In this document: in pieces, positions 1-9,383 of the stretch
How the letters are laid out: every line of letters starts with the position of its first letter
How positions within the stretch are numbered: the first letter of the stretch is position 1
Source: an uncultured virus (IMG/VR IMGVR_UViG_2061766007_000688)
Lineage: Duplodnaviria > Heunggongvirae > Uroviricota > Caudoviricetes
IMG/VR virus record: IMGVR_UViG_2061766007_000688
Reading direction: 5' to 3' (one strand)
Length of the DNA: 64,000 bases
Position numbers and translations under genes: made by a program
The notes under the pieces: generated by a model
What the model was told of the DNA's origin: nothing
Database searches by the model: none
What the model saw: the letters and a program-made list of their open reading frames with translations, nothing else

Positions 1-217
1 TTTCTGATTTGTCGTTGGGAGTATAGTATGTATAGAATATTCAATGGCCATCGTTCTCCGCTTTATTTTGCATTTGTAGTTCCATTGTTTGTTTTTTGTA
101 TTATGGGGAGTATTATATGTATGAGGTGTCCTTCCACTCCTATATCCATTCTTCTGGGCCGCCTTTTCCTGTGTATTATCTATATTACATAGGTTTTAAT
201 GGAAGTGAAAGTAAATA

Positions 218-242
218 AAAAGGGGGAGCTTTCACTCTCCCT
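218..242 (-). terminator. Intrinsic terminator ending the early small-gene region
   Basis: Minus strand AGGGAGAG-tgaaag-CTCCCCCT followed by a T-run. Confidence 0.65.
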
Positions 243-259
243 NNNNNNNNNNNNNNNNN

Positions 260-613
260 NNNNNNNNNTGTCCTTTCTCCCTGCTTGAATATTCTATGCC
301 AGCCAGTGAATGCTCTCCCCGTACAGTCGTAGCAACTGTTTGGGGAAGGGATGTATATCTCCTCTTGAAACCACAACTCTGCGTCTGCTACATCAAAAGG
401 GACTATCAGCTTCTCTATATATCCATCTATGCCGTAATCTTTCACAAGATGTGCTTTGTCCTTATCCCTCTTTAAGTAGTCTCTTATCTCCTTCTTATAA
501 TCTCTTATGAGCGCCTGAGCTTTCTCTGATGTCTTCCCTGTTTCCTCTAACAGATGTTTGAACATCACCAGTGCATCGTACTTAATCCTTAAATCTCTGC
601 TGTCTCTTATCAT
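260..613 (-). CDS. Hypothetical early protein (CxxDC motif); 3' end falls in N-run
   Basis: ORF with AGGAGGG RBS; the listed 185 end runs through a gap and the terminator. Confidence 0.65.
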
Positions 614-626
614 AGTTATTCCCTCC

Positions 627-839
627 TTATGCTACTTCGTCTGCTTCAAAATATCCCCAAACTTCCCCACACACATTGTAAAGTTCATACCAGCCCGGTT
701 TGTCATCTTCTCCCTCTGCTACCTCTACACTGCGAATGTGCTTGTCTAAACGGAAGTCTATCTCTGACTTCTACACAAGTTTAACATCCACTACAACTTC
801 TTCCTTGATGTCGCTGTTCCAGTATCTGATTGCTCTCAT
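627..839 (-). pseudogene. 70-codon acidic ORF interrupted by in-frame TAG at 771-773
   Basis: RBS AGGAGGGAATAAGTATG; MRAIRYWNSDIKEEVVVDVKLV*KSEIDF...EADEVA ends at TAA 627-629 overlapping the next RBS. Confidence 0.6.
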
Positions 840-851
840 ACTTATTCCCTC

Positions 852-1121
852 CTATTCTGCTATGTAACTTCCCCATGTCTTTACTCCCGAGAATGACATC
901 TCAGGAAACATATTCTGCTCTCCCACAAACTCCAGTGTTCTTCTGTCGTACAGTCTCAAGATTGGATCCAGTACTGCTGAATACACAACTGTCATGAGGA
1001 AGTTTCCCTCAATGCTGATGAGCTTTTCGTCCACATCATACTCTGCTCCCTTCATACACTCAAACTCATCCGCTGTATAGATGATTCCTCTTTTCCTCAG
1101 TTCCCTTGTGATTGCTCTCAT
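852..1121 (-). CDS. Hypothetical early protein
   Basis: 89 aa ORF with strong RBS. Confidence 0.7.
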   Translation of the reverse strand: MRAITRELRKRGIIYTADEFECMKGAEYDVDEKLISIEGNFLMTVVYSAVLDPILRLYDRRTLEFVGEQNMFPEMSFSGVKTWGSYIAE

Positions 1122-1291
1122 ACTTATTCCCTCCTGTGATTGTGATTTGTTTGAACATCTTGGTACTGCACAAGCTGGCCACTAATTGTTCTCAACTGCA
1201 ACCAGCTGTGTCCATTCCCTTAGTTTGTTCTCTTTTCTTTTACTATATACAGAATATCATAAGGAAAGTATTGGTAACAGACGGACTGCAT

Positions 1292-1579
1292 TTACTTTGA
1301 TTTGGAAATATATCTCCCATATTTTGCTTTCGGGAAGTAGTTGATATTACCATTGTATCTGTAATACACTACTCCGCCTCTGCCTTTTCTCTGCTCTACT
1401 GTTTCGAACTCCTCTTCGAGTAGCTCCAGCTCTCCGCTTATCTTGATGTTCTCTATATTCTCCAAGTTCCTCTTTTCAGCGTCAATTACAACTGACGGAG
1501 CTTGCATATCTTCCAGCTTGTATATTCTATCCTTAAGCGCCAGCTTTGTACTCTTTATGATGTGTTCCTTTACTGTCAT
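1292..1579 (-). CDS. Hypothetical early protein
   Basis: 95 aa ORF with RBS. Confidence 0.65.
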   Translation of the reverse strand: MTVKEHIIKSTKLALKDRIYKLEDMQAPSVVIDAEKRNLENIENIKISGELELLEEEFETVEQRKGRGGVVYYRYNGNINYFPKAKYGRYISKSK

Positions 1580-1581
1580 AG

Positions 1582-1803
1582 TTATTCTCCCTCCAACACC
1601 CGCCAGCTCTTTCGAGCTGNNNNNNNNNNNNNNNNNNNNNNNNNNNNTACATCTGTGATGAACAAATCCGCGAAGTATCTTCCGTCTGACTCCGAGTTTG
1701 TGTTCAGCACATACTCTTTAAGGGACTCTGCTTTCTCCTGTGTGAGATTTCTTGCGACTACATATTCCACTCCCCACTTTGCTAACATTACTACTTCCTT
1801 CAT
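1582..1803 (-). CDS. Hypothetical early protein (start MKEVV)
   Basis: GAAAGGAG RBS before ATG 1803; spans an N-run. Confidence 0.55.
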   Translation of the reverse strand: MKEVVMLAKWGVEYVVARNLTQEKAESLKEYVLNTNSESDGRYFADLFITDVXXXXXXXXXXARKSWRVLEGE

Positions 1804-1823
1804 ACTCTTATTCTCCTTTCTGA

Positions 1824-1991
1824 TTACTGAATGTCTACATCCCCGCCCATGTCTTCCACTAATGCGCAACAGATGTGATCCACATCTCTTATCTTCTCCC
1901 AAGTTCTTTCATCTTCCTCAGTCTCGTCTCCGAAAACATCCTCAAGCTTGAAAAGAAGTCTCCTCAGTTCATACAGTTCCTCAAGTGTCAT
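1824..1991 (-). CDS. Small acidic helical protein (start MTLEEL)
   Basis: First gene after the cassette promoter at 2038-2072; RBS GAAAGGAG. Confidence 0.65.
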   Translation of the reverse strand: MTLEELYELRRLLFKLEDVFGDETEEDERTWEKIRDVDHICCALVEDMGGDVDIQ

Positions 1992-2075
1992 AGTTCCAAC
2001 TCTCCTTTCTGTGTGCTGTGTATCATTTACTATGTATAGAATAACACATGGCAACAGCAGGTAAAATACGGACAA

Positions 2076-2112
2076 TAAAAATGGAACTGAGGAGATTTCT
2101 CACTCAGTTCCA
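2076..2112 (-). terminator. Intrinsic terminator
   Basis: 10-bp stem TGGAACTGAG/CTCAGTTCCA plus T-run on minus strand. Confidence 0.7.
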
Positions 2113-2130
2113 CTGTATGAAGGGAAATAA

Positions 2131-2271
2131 CTATGAAATGGAATAATCGTTTCTTACCTCGTCGAGATACTCCATCAATGCTGATACTATCTCGGCGACT
2201 GACATATCCAGTTCTTCTGCTACATTGTCCAACCTATCTGCATCGTCACTGTATATTTCCACTGTTGTCAT
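2131..2271 (-). CDS. 46-aa protein, ribbon-helix-helix-like (not in ORF track)
   Basis: MTTVEIYSDDADRLDNVAEELDMSVAEIVSALMEYLDEVRNDYSIS; ATGA overlap with upstream gene and AGGAG RBS. Confidence 0.55.
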   Translation of the reverse strand: MTTVEIYSDDADRLDNVAEELDMSVAEIVSALMEYLDEVRNDYSIS

Positions 2272-2519
2272 TTTATCACTCCTTCCTTTACAAGTTTCTC
2301 ATGTGTGTAGAATCCGTCTTTCCATGCTCTGAATACTTCAATCGTCTGTCGGGGAGTTTTCTCTGCCACAAGCACCGTAAGTACTGCTCCTGTGTTTTCG
2401 TCCTCTCTCACTATTCGATAGTAACCAGACCACGCTGTAGCATGTAATGGGAAGCTTGGATGTACTTCATTCCATGTAGCAACTTCTTCCCGTAAATCTT
2501 TGTATGTAATTCTTATCAT
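2268..2519 (-). CDS. Hypothetical early protein
   Basis: 83 aa ORF with RBS, translationally coupled. Confidence 0.65.
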   Translation of the reverse strand: MIRITYKDLREEVATWNEVHPSFPLHATAWSGYYRIVREDENTGAVLTVLVAEKTPRQTIEVFRAWKDGFYTHEKLVKEGVIK

Positions 2520-2641
2520 GCTGGCTCCTTTCCTGTCTGTTCTCTGTAGTCATCTTCCAGTTCCGCAAATTCTATATCTGTCAGTCCTGATGGGTCAAAT
2601 CCCTCATAGTACTGATACTCCAACCATTCTTTGAATGTCAT
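2516..2641 (-). CDS. 41-aa acidic protein (not in ORF track)
   Basis: MTFKEWLEYQYYEGFDPSGLTDIEFAELEDDYREQTGKEPA; ATGA overlap with next gene. Confidence 0.55.
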   Translation of the reverse strand: MTFKEWLEYQYYEGFDPSGLTDIEFAELEDDYREQTGKEPA

Positions 2642-2661
2642 TTCCTTTACCTCTTCTTTCT

Positions 2662-2937
2662 TCATTCTTCTGTCTCTCCTACTGATTCCCTTATATTGAA
2701 GTTCCCGTAGTGTATCAGTGCGAGTCCATGATTCCCACCTACCACATACTCATCCTCATTGTACTCTTTCTCCGCTTCATCTATATACTTAATGGAGTTT
2801 CCTACTCCCTCTCTTTCCTCGATTTGGTCAATCGCCTTATCAAGCACTGCTCCGTAGTCTGTTGTTTTCTCGTCCATCTCTACTATCTCAGTAGACATCC
2901 AAGCTGTACCATTTCCATACATAACCTCATACTTCAT
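2662..2937 (-). CDS. Hypothetical acidic early protein
   Basis: 91 aa ORF with RBS. Confidence 0.65.
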   Translation of the reverse strand: MKYEVMYGNGTAWMSTEIVEMDEKTTDYGAVLDKAIDQIEEREGVGNSIKYIDEAEKEYNEDEYVVGGNHGLALIHYGNFNIRESVGETEE

Positions 2938-2994
2938 AGTTTCTCCCTCACTTTCTGAATTGCGGGGACAGCTCTCACTGTCCCCATTAGCTGA

Positions 2995-3183
2995 TTACTG
3001 TCCACAGTCGTACACTTCCTCAAGAGTGTTCATCAGATATCCAACACTCGCCAGATGTGCGTCAAAATCGAACTGCTCAGGATCCTCTGCATCTTTCTTG
3101 CAATCTTCCAGATACAGCTTGAAGTTGTTAAGTTCCTCATACAACCTTTCGCAATCAAACTCGTGATAAACATTTCCGCTCAT
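2995..3183 (-). CDS. Small acidic protein (start MSGNV)
   Basis: GAAAGGAG RBS after the cassette promoter. Confidence 0.65.
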   Translation of the reverse strand: MSGNVYHEFDCERLYEELNNFKLYLEDCKKDAEDPEQFDFDAHLASVGYLMNTLEEVYDCGQ

Positions 3184-3280
3184 AATGTATCTCCTTTCGT
3201 GTCTGTAGCTCCTCAAGAGCTGTCTTTGTTTTCTATGATTATATAGTATCACGCGGTCAACGCTGGTACAACACGGCTAT

Positions 3281-3394
3281 TCAATCAAGAAATTCTCCTG
3301 TATCATCGTCATCATCCCAACCGTCTTCCCAATCATCATAATAATCGCCCATGTTGCAATCATCCTCATCATCATTATCATACTCAGGTCCCAT
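3281..3394 (-). CDS. 37-aa hyper-acidic microprotein (not in ORF track)
   Basis: MGPEYDNDDEDDCNMGDYYDDWEDGWDDDDDTGEFLD; RBS GAAAGGAG 7 nt upstream. Confidence 0.6.
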   Translation of the reverse strand: MGPEYDNDDEDDCNMGDYYDDWEDGWDDDDDTGEFLD

Positions 3395-3448
3395 TGTATG
3401 TCTCCTTTCTATAAATGAGGGAGTTCTCGAAAGAACTCCCGTTGCTTT

Positions 3449-5829
3449 CTAAAACCACATATCCTTGAATCTCAAATACGCCCTGTACTGCTCTTGCTCA
3501 TAAGGCCTGTCTGACTTTTCATATACTTTCAGCGCCTCAATGCTGTCAAAGTCTACTGGAAAGAGAATATCTACCTTGAGTATCTCACCATTTCCAGATA
3601 TTTCCTCTTCTAACAACTGTCTGCTCTCCTCTGTGATTTCAAACACAGCATCTTGGATCCTCAAAATGTGCTTTGACACAAAAGCATCCTGTCCATCATA
3701 CCATACAACATTACACATTGCCCAGCTCATTGTCTTTCCCTCCTTTGTGAGTGCTGATTTACTTTAACTATCTTAATAATATCAGCTGGCAACATCAGGT
3801 ACAACTCGGAAACTTAACTCCGATGTTCTTTATATTTTTCCTTTTAATAAGGTCCTGCACTTCTCTATCTGTGCTGATAATGTCAGTCCCACCAATAATA
3901 CTGCTATNNNNNNNNNNNNNNNNNNNNNNNNNNNNNNNNNNNNNNNNNNNNNNNNNNNNNNNNNNNNNNNNNNNNNNNNNNNNNNNNNNNNNNNNNNNNN
4001 NNNNNNNNNNNNNNNNNNNNNNNNNNNNNNNNNNNNNNTCTTTCTTGATGTAAGTATCAATCCTCATCGAACTTCTCCCTCTCTTTCCAGCTTATCTCCC
4101 ATTTATAGTAGTTATACGGATGATTGTCTATTTCATACGGCACACAGGCCAAATATGCTTGGTGCATGTTCAAGTTTAGTCCCAGCACTAAATCTTCTGC
4201 CTGTGCTTTGCTCATTTCAAGAGGCTTATCTTTCCAGTTCCACTCTGCTGTCTTATCTGAATAATGTACTTTGGTCACAAATATGGGACCCTGCTCTGAT
4301 ATTACTAATACATAGTAATGGTTCTTCTTTGCTGACATGATTAACCCTCCTTGCTCACGATTTTGTCACAGTACAGCCCACCGCTCTTTTCTGCTCTACG
4401 CATAAGTCGCAGGAACAATCCCATAAGCTCTGCAAATGGCTTATCTTCACAGTACCACTCCAGCTCTTCATCTGTTGTGTTCTCGTCAATGTCGCCGTCT
4501 GCTACCCCGACCATTAACCAGCTCTCGAAGATGTCCTCATCATTGATACATCTTGCAAGTGTCTCCATTGCTCTGACTACCTCTGCTCTCCTCTTGATGT
4601 TCATTTCACTCATAATTTTCTCCTTTCGTGAGTGCTGTCTTATTGTTTACATTATCAGAATATCACGAGGACATAGCTGGTACAACATGGTAGTCTATGT
4701 CCTCGCTGTGGATTTTAGTATGCTCTGATGTCTACATCAGGCCTCTGCAACAGCTCTCTGTCATACAGGTAGAACTGTTCGTGGCAAAGCTGGGTCATCT
4801 GCTTTGAGGTAGTCGGGCTATACTTCCCGAACTCATACACTTTCCTCTCTTCTATATCAACCATGCCTACAATAGTGCTGTAAGACTTGATGAGGATATA
4901 TCTGCTATCCAGCAACTGACTTATCCACATCTGTCTTGACTTGATTCTTGTCCAGTTAATACCTCTGTTCTCCAACATTCCCTTCACGCTATTCAGTTCC
5001 CTTGCCTTTTCGATTATTTCACTCATGTTCCTGTTCTCCTTTCTGAGTGCTTGTTTATCATTTACAAGTATATAGTATCAAATGGCTATAATGGGTACAA
5101 TTGGGAGATTACTCTCCCAACAGATATCCTCTTATTTCATCATAAAAGTAGCTTCTCCCCTGCACACCCTCACTGTTTTGTGTCATTATAACCGTAATAT
5201 CTTCACCCTCACAATGGATTGCTCCTTTAACTTCATATCCCCACCTTCTTAAAAAGCCGTCAAGCCAATGACAGGCAAAATTGTATGAGCATTCTGAAAG
5301 CATCAGCTCCCTGCCTGTTTTGTCATCCTTTGTTGAATAATGTCTCCTCATAATCAGTACTCCTCTCAATCAAGATTTCCATGCCACCAAGCATCGTCTG
5401 TCTTTACTCGCTTAAGGCGAAGGTTTGTAAATCTTTTACAGGTTCTCACTGTGCTTGGATCAGATCCATCTATACACTCCTGCAATACTTTCTTTGCATG
5501 TTCGAGGCTTTTACCACAAGTGAACACAAGACATCCTTTATACTCCGCTGTATCTCCTGCAACTATGAACTCATAGCCTTCCTCTTCTCTTAATTCTTCG
5601 CTCATAATATCCCTCCTTATACTGTTAACTCTACAAAGTTGCCGTTCTTCCTGACACATCTGTAATCCCTGCCATTTGTTTCATCCTGAATGATGTATCT
5701 TATCCCACCTTCAAAAGCAGGATACTCTCGCATTATCTTTCCGTATCTTCTTTCTCCACTTCTGTCCTTGAACTGAACAATGTTTAGATTAATCCATGTT
5801 CCTCCCATAGTATCTGATTTTGTCTGCAT
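3449..5829 (-). CDS. Run of ~8 small hypothetical early genes (3449-3730, 3795-4067, 4057-4338, 4341-4613, 4715-5026, 5109-5351, 5366-5605, 5617-5829)
   Basis: Tightly packed ORFs, most with RBS, grouped behind cassette promoters; no family recognised. Confidence 0.65.
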
Positions 5830-5932
5830 ATCCACATCTCCTTTCAGTGTGTGCTGTTTTCTTTGTTACAAGTATATCATATCTCAAGGAAAAAGCGGGT
5901 ACAACACGGATGTATCATACCCGCTCTTGGTT

Positions 5933-6319
5933 TTACACTTCTGCTATACTCCTTATATCATCAAGTGCTCCTTCAAGCTCCTGTATTCTACCTACCATCT
6001 CGTCAATAGAGTCATAGTCCGTATCTTCAAGGACTTCGCTTATCGCCTTATTGGCAACTTCGTCTCTATCTTCAACTTCCTCAAGCCAGTCATACAGGTC
6101 ATCCACGCTGTAAAAGCCTTTGATTCGAGACAGCAGTGATTCCTCCCACGCCTGCTTTGCTTCATCAACAGCTTTATCTATCCTTTCCTGCATAGACTTC
6201 TCTGCCTGCTCTTTGAAGTACAAATCCTCGATAATCTCTTTGGCGTTCTGCATCTCTCCGGGGTTGTTAACACCCATGTTAACCTGTAACTCACCGTCTT
6301 TGAAAATTTTCAGTTCCAT
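5933..6319 (-). CDS. Acidic helical protein, paralog of 6354-6761
   Basis: Shares DLxDW and TDYDS[IL]DE motifs with neighbour. Confidence 0.7.
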   Translation of the reverse strand: MELKIFKDGELQVNMGVNNPGEMQNAKEIIEDLYFKEQAEKSMQERIDKAVDEAKQAWEESLLSRIKGFYSVDDLYDWLEEVEDRDEVANKAISEVLEDTDYDSIDEMVGRIQELEGALDDIRSIAEV

Positions 6320-6353
6320 ATTCTTTTCTCCTTTCTGAACTATGCTGTGGATT

Positions 6354-6761
6354 TTAGCATCCGCTGTCTGCTACATAATCGTTGATGTCCCTTGCAAGGT
6401 TACCTATTGCTTCGAGATTCCGCGACATTGATTCCACTGCATCAATCAGCTCATCCAATGAATCATAGTCTGTCCCTCTGAGTGCATCCTTAATAAAGCT
6501 ATCTCCCACACTCTCCGTGTCTCCGTTCTCCATTATCCAGTCCAGCAAATCTGAGTAGTCATTGATGTTTGCCCCATAAATGTAGCTTCCAAGCTCTCTC
6601 ACAATACCCTCTGTACACTCATTGACAACTTCTTTCTTGAAGTCCTCTGTGAGGGTCTGACTCTTGAGACACCTCTGAACGGCTTCCTGCACAAGATTTA
6701 CATCCTCAAACTTCTCTACNNNNNNNNNNNNNNNTTCTGATACCTTAATTGCTACTTCCAT
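6354..6761 (-). CDS. Acidic helical protein, paralog of 5933-6319
   Basis: DLLDW...TDYDSLDE. Confidence 0.7.
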   Translation of the reverse strand: MEVAIKVSEXXXXXVEKFEDVNLVQEAVQRCLKSQTLTEDFKKEVVNECTEGIVRELGSYIYGANINDYSDLLDWIMENGDTESVGDSFIKDALRGTDYDSLDELIDAVESMSRNLEAIGNLARDINDYVADSGC

Positions 6762-6848
6762 ATTAGTTTTCTCCTTTCTGTGAAAACTGTGCTGTTTTTT
6801 GTTTACAAGTATATCATATCAACTGGTCGTGTCTGGTACAATACGGAT

Positions 6849-7197
6849 TTACAGAATATTCACAATCCTCTGTAAGGTGTTGTTCAGTTTGGTATAGAGT
6901 TCTGCGAACCCTTTCTTGCCCAGCGTCTGACTCTTTATTTTCTCCATGTCATAAGTGATTACCTCTAAATCAGACTTTACCTCATAGAGTTCATCACGGT
7001 ATCCTTCATTTTCGCTCTCGATTGCGGCGAAGTCTGAATTAAATGACCTCTCAGCATAATCAGCNNNNNNNNNNNNNNNNCCACTCTTCACTCATTTGCC
7101 TTGCCTCTTCACTGATATATTTACCAATGAGGTCAAGCATATCCCTTTTTGTGTTGATGACTGCATCGCCATCTGGTGTTCTCACTAAATCAGCCAT
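6849..7197 (-). CDS. Hypothetical coiled-coil protein across N-run
   Basis: MADLVRTPDG... with AAGGAG RBS, joining the 6849-7091 frame after the gap. Confidence 0.55.
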
Positions 7198-7409
7198 ATT
7201 GTCTCCTTNNNNNNNNNNNNNNNNNNNNNNNNNNNNNNNNNNNNNNNNNNNNNNNNNNNNNNNNNNNNNNNNNNNNNNNNNNNNNNNNNNNNNNNNNNNN
7301 NNNNNNNNNNNNNNNNNNNNNNNNNNNNNNNNNNNNNNNNNNNNNNNNNNNNNNNNNNNNNNNNNNNNNNNNNNNNNNNNNNNNNNNNNNNNNNNNNNNN
7401 NNTCCTCTT

Positions 7410-7862
7410 CTATACTTCATTCTCACACCATCCTGTTATCTTCTCAAACCCACACTCTTCATACCATTTATCTTGATATGTAAGGGCGTTTGTCACATCA
7501 CCATAGTCATAGTTCTCTTTACAATAGTCCACTAACTTCTTGTATGAGAACACTTCCCCTGTTACCTTGTTTCTGTATGTGCCGTGTGCATTTGACTTGC
7601 AACTGCAAAGGAGTTTGGGATAGAACACCATCATCACATTGTCAAAACTACATCCCAATGTCTCCGCTATCTTGTACATCATTGGCACTGACACTGCATA
7701 CCTACCGCTTAGTCTGTCGCACAGATTAGCGTGGGATATTCCTGCTGCCTTTGCAAACTGTCTGACATTCTTATAGCCATAACTTGCAACCATCTTTTCA
7801 AACAATGTCCTATCTGGTATTAAATCATCCAGCTCCTCAAGTACTCCTTCTTTAACCCTCAT
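7410..7862 (-). CDS. XRE-like helix-turn-helix protein
   Basis: VRQFAKAAGISHANLCDRLSG...KIAETLGCS. Confidence 0.65.
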   Translation of the reverse strand: MRVKEGVLEELDDLIPDRTLFEKMVASYGYKNVRQFAKAAGISHANLCDRLSGRYAVSVPMMYKIAETLGCSFDNVMMVFYPKLLCSCKSNAHGTYRNKVTGEVFSYKKLVDYCKENYDYGDVTNALTYQDKWYEECGFEKITGWCENEV

Positions 7863-9229
7863 AAGCTGTCCCCCATTCCTCTGTTCCTATAAAAGACATA
7901 TTCACTCCTGCAGGGAACTGACCGAGTATGTAGTTGAACCAGTATGTAGACTTATCATCCGTTGAATTGAATACTGACTTAATAACATCTGCAAGCTGGT
8001 CAGAGACCTGCTTTGTATGGAATGTATATTCAATCTCCTCATACATCCTGAAAGCGAGTGTCGCCTTATGCTTCTCGTTTACAAATGAGAAAACATCTGT
8101 TGTACCTGCCCATTCTGTGAAATCATACATCTTTCCGTAGCTAAAATCCTGTGTCATTCTTATGCCTCCTGTTCTATGGTTATATTGACTACTCTATCCA
8201 TTTTACTATTGTAAAGTAAAATGGCAGTGAAATGGAAATTGTATCCCGGAATCACTCTCGGGTTCCTGCAAGTTATCATGTGCTTCACACCGATTGTATT
8301 CACACCCACAACTTCCCAGTTTACACCAAATCTTTTCGCAATTATATTTGCCTCTTCTTTAGTCATCTTCATCCTCCTTAAACGGTGCTATCTCATGCGA
8401 ATAGTTTTCTTTTGTATCCTTGAACCAATCAAAGACTGTGTAGTCAGCAGGCTGAAACTGCAATAAGTCCTGCACTGCAAAGATATATTCATCCGTGACT
8501 TTCGTATATCCTGCATTTACCAACACTGCCCTAATTGTGTAGAACTCTCTGTCCTTGCCTTCGATATCTTTCATATTTTTCTCCTCTCTCTTGCTTAACG
8601 CATCCAATTGACTCACCTGCGACTTAATATCTTTATGCTTATATTTTATCACATATGATATTAGGTGCAACAAGGTAAGTCAGCTGGACGCATCACCTGT
8701 TATCTTGCAACGAACACAAAAAATAATACAATCGCTAATGGGGGATTTACACAGAACAGGGCTATACATCCTGCTATGAGTAATACTTTGAGCAGTTTCC
8801 TCATGCAACACCCTCCTCTTCGAGTGCTTCCATGAGTTCGCTGTACTTATCATAAAAATCTGAATCACCTATACACATAAGCTCCAAGAAGTCATAATAT
8901 GACTTCTGGCACGCCTTGTGTGTCGCTACTATCTGACTTACTTTTCCTGTGCCCCCATAAAACTCATTTGCAAAGTCATCCAGTGACATACTTCCGCTGT
9001 CTGCATCTGATAAGAAGCATCTGAATGCTTCCAGAAGTTCTTTCTCTGTATTGATAGACGGATTAGCTATGCTCGGATAGTAGTCAAACTCTATCTCACT
9101 TCCGTTGTACTCTACTGTGATGACATGATGTCTATCCATTGTCGGGGGATATTTCCCATCATCCCATATCGCATTCTTTTCTCCCTCAAATCTGCTACTC
9201 AGATTTAATCCCTTGAACTCTGTTTCCAT
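7852..9229 (-). CDS. Four hypothetical early genes (7852-8157, 8160-8372, 8359-8574, 8801-9229)
   Basis: Packed ORFs with RBSs. Confidence 0.6.
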
Positions 9230-9383
9230 AATTGTTTTCTCCTTTCGTGTGAAAACTGCTTTGTTTTTGTTTACAAGACTATAATATCAACAGGCGACAA
9301 AAGGTACAATATGGATATTGCACAAAATTAAAGNNNNNNNNNNNNNNNNNNNNNNNNNNNNNNNNNNNNNTATATAGAAGAAA

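Larger units (their letters stand above)
1251..9315 (-). repeat. About 10 dispersed promoter-leader-RBS cassettes (CCRTRTTGTACC-N-TGATAYNAT ... ACAGCAC ... GAAAGGAG)
   Basis: Copies near 1251-1285, 2038-2072, 3243-3277, 3775-3810, 4657-4691, 5071-5106, 5875-5910, 6812-6847, 8643-8675, 9280-9315; -35 TTGTAC, 17-bp spacer, extended -10. Confidence 0.8.

Noticed and set aside
771..773. TAG stop-codon reassignment suggested by one in-frame TAG
   Set aside because: Long genes are intact in code 11, TAG serves as a normal stop (e.g. 852-854), and no suppressor tRNA was seen
2133..2447. Plus-strand ORF with RBS-like GAAGGGA, and other plus-strand ORFs
   Set aside because: Antisense shadows of well-formed minus-strand genes, with implausible composition
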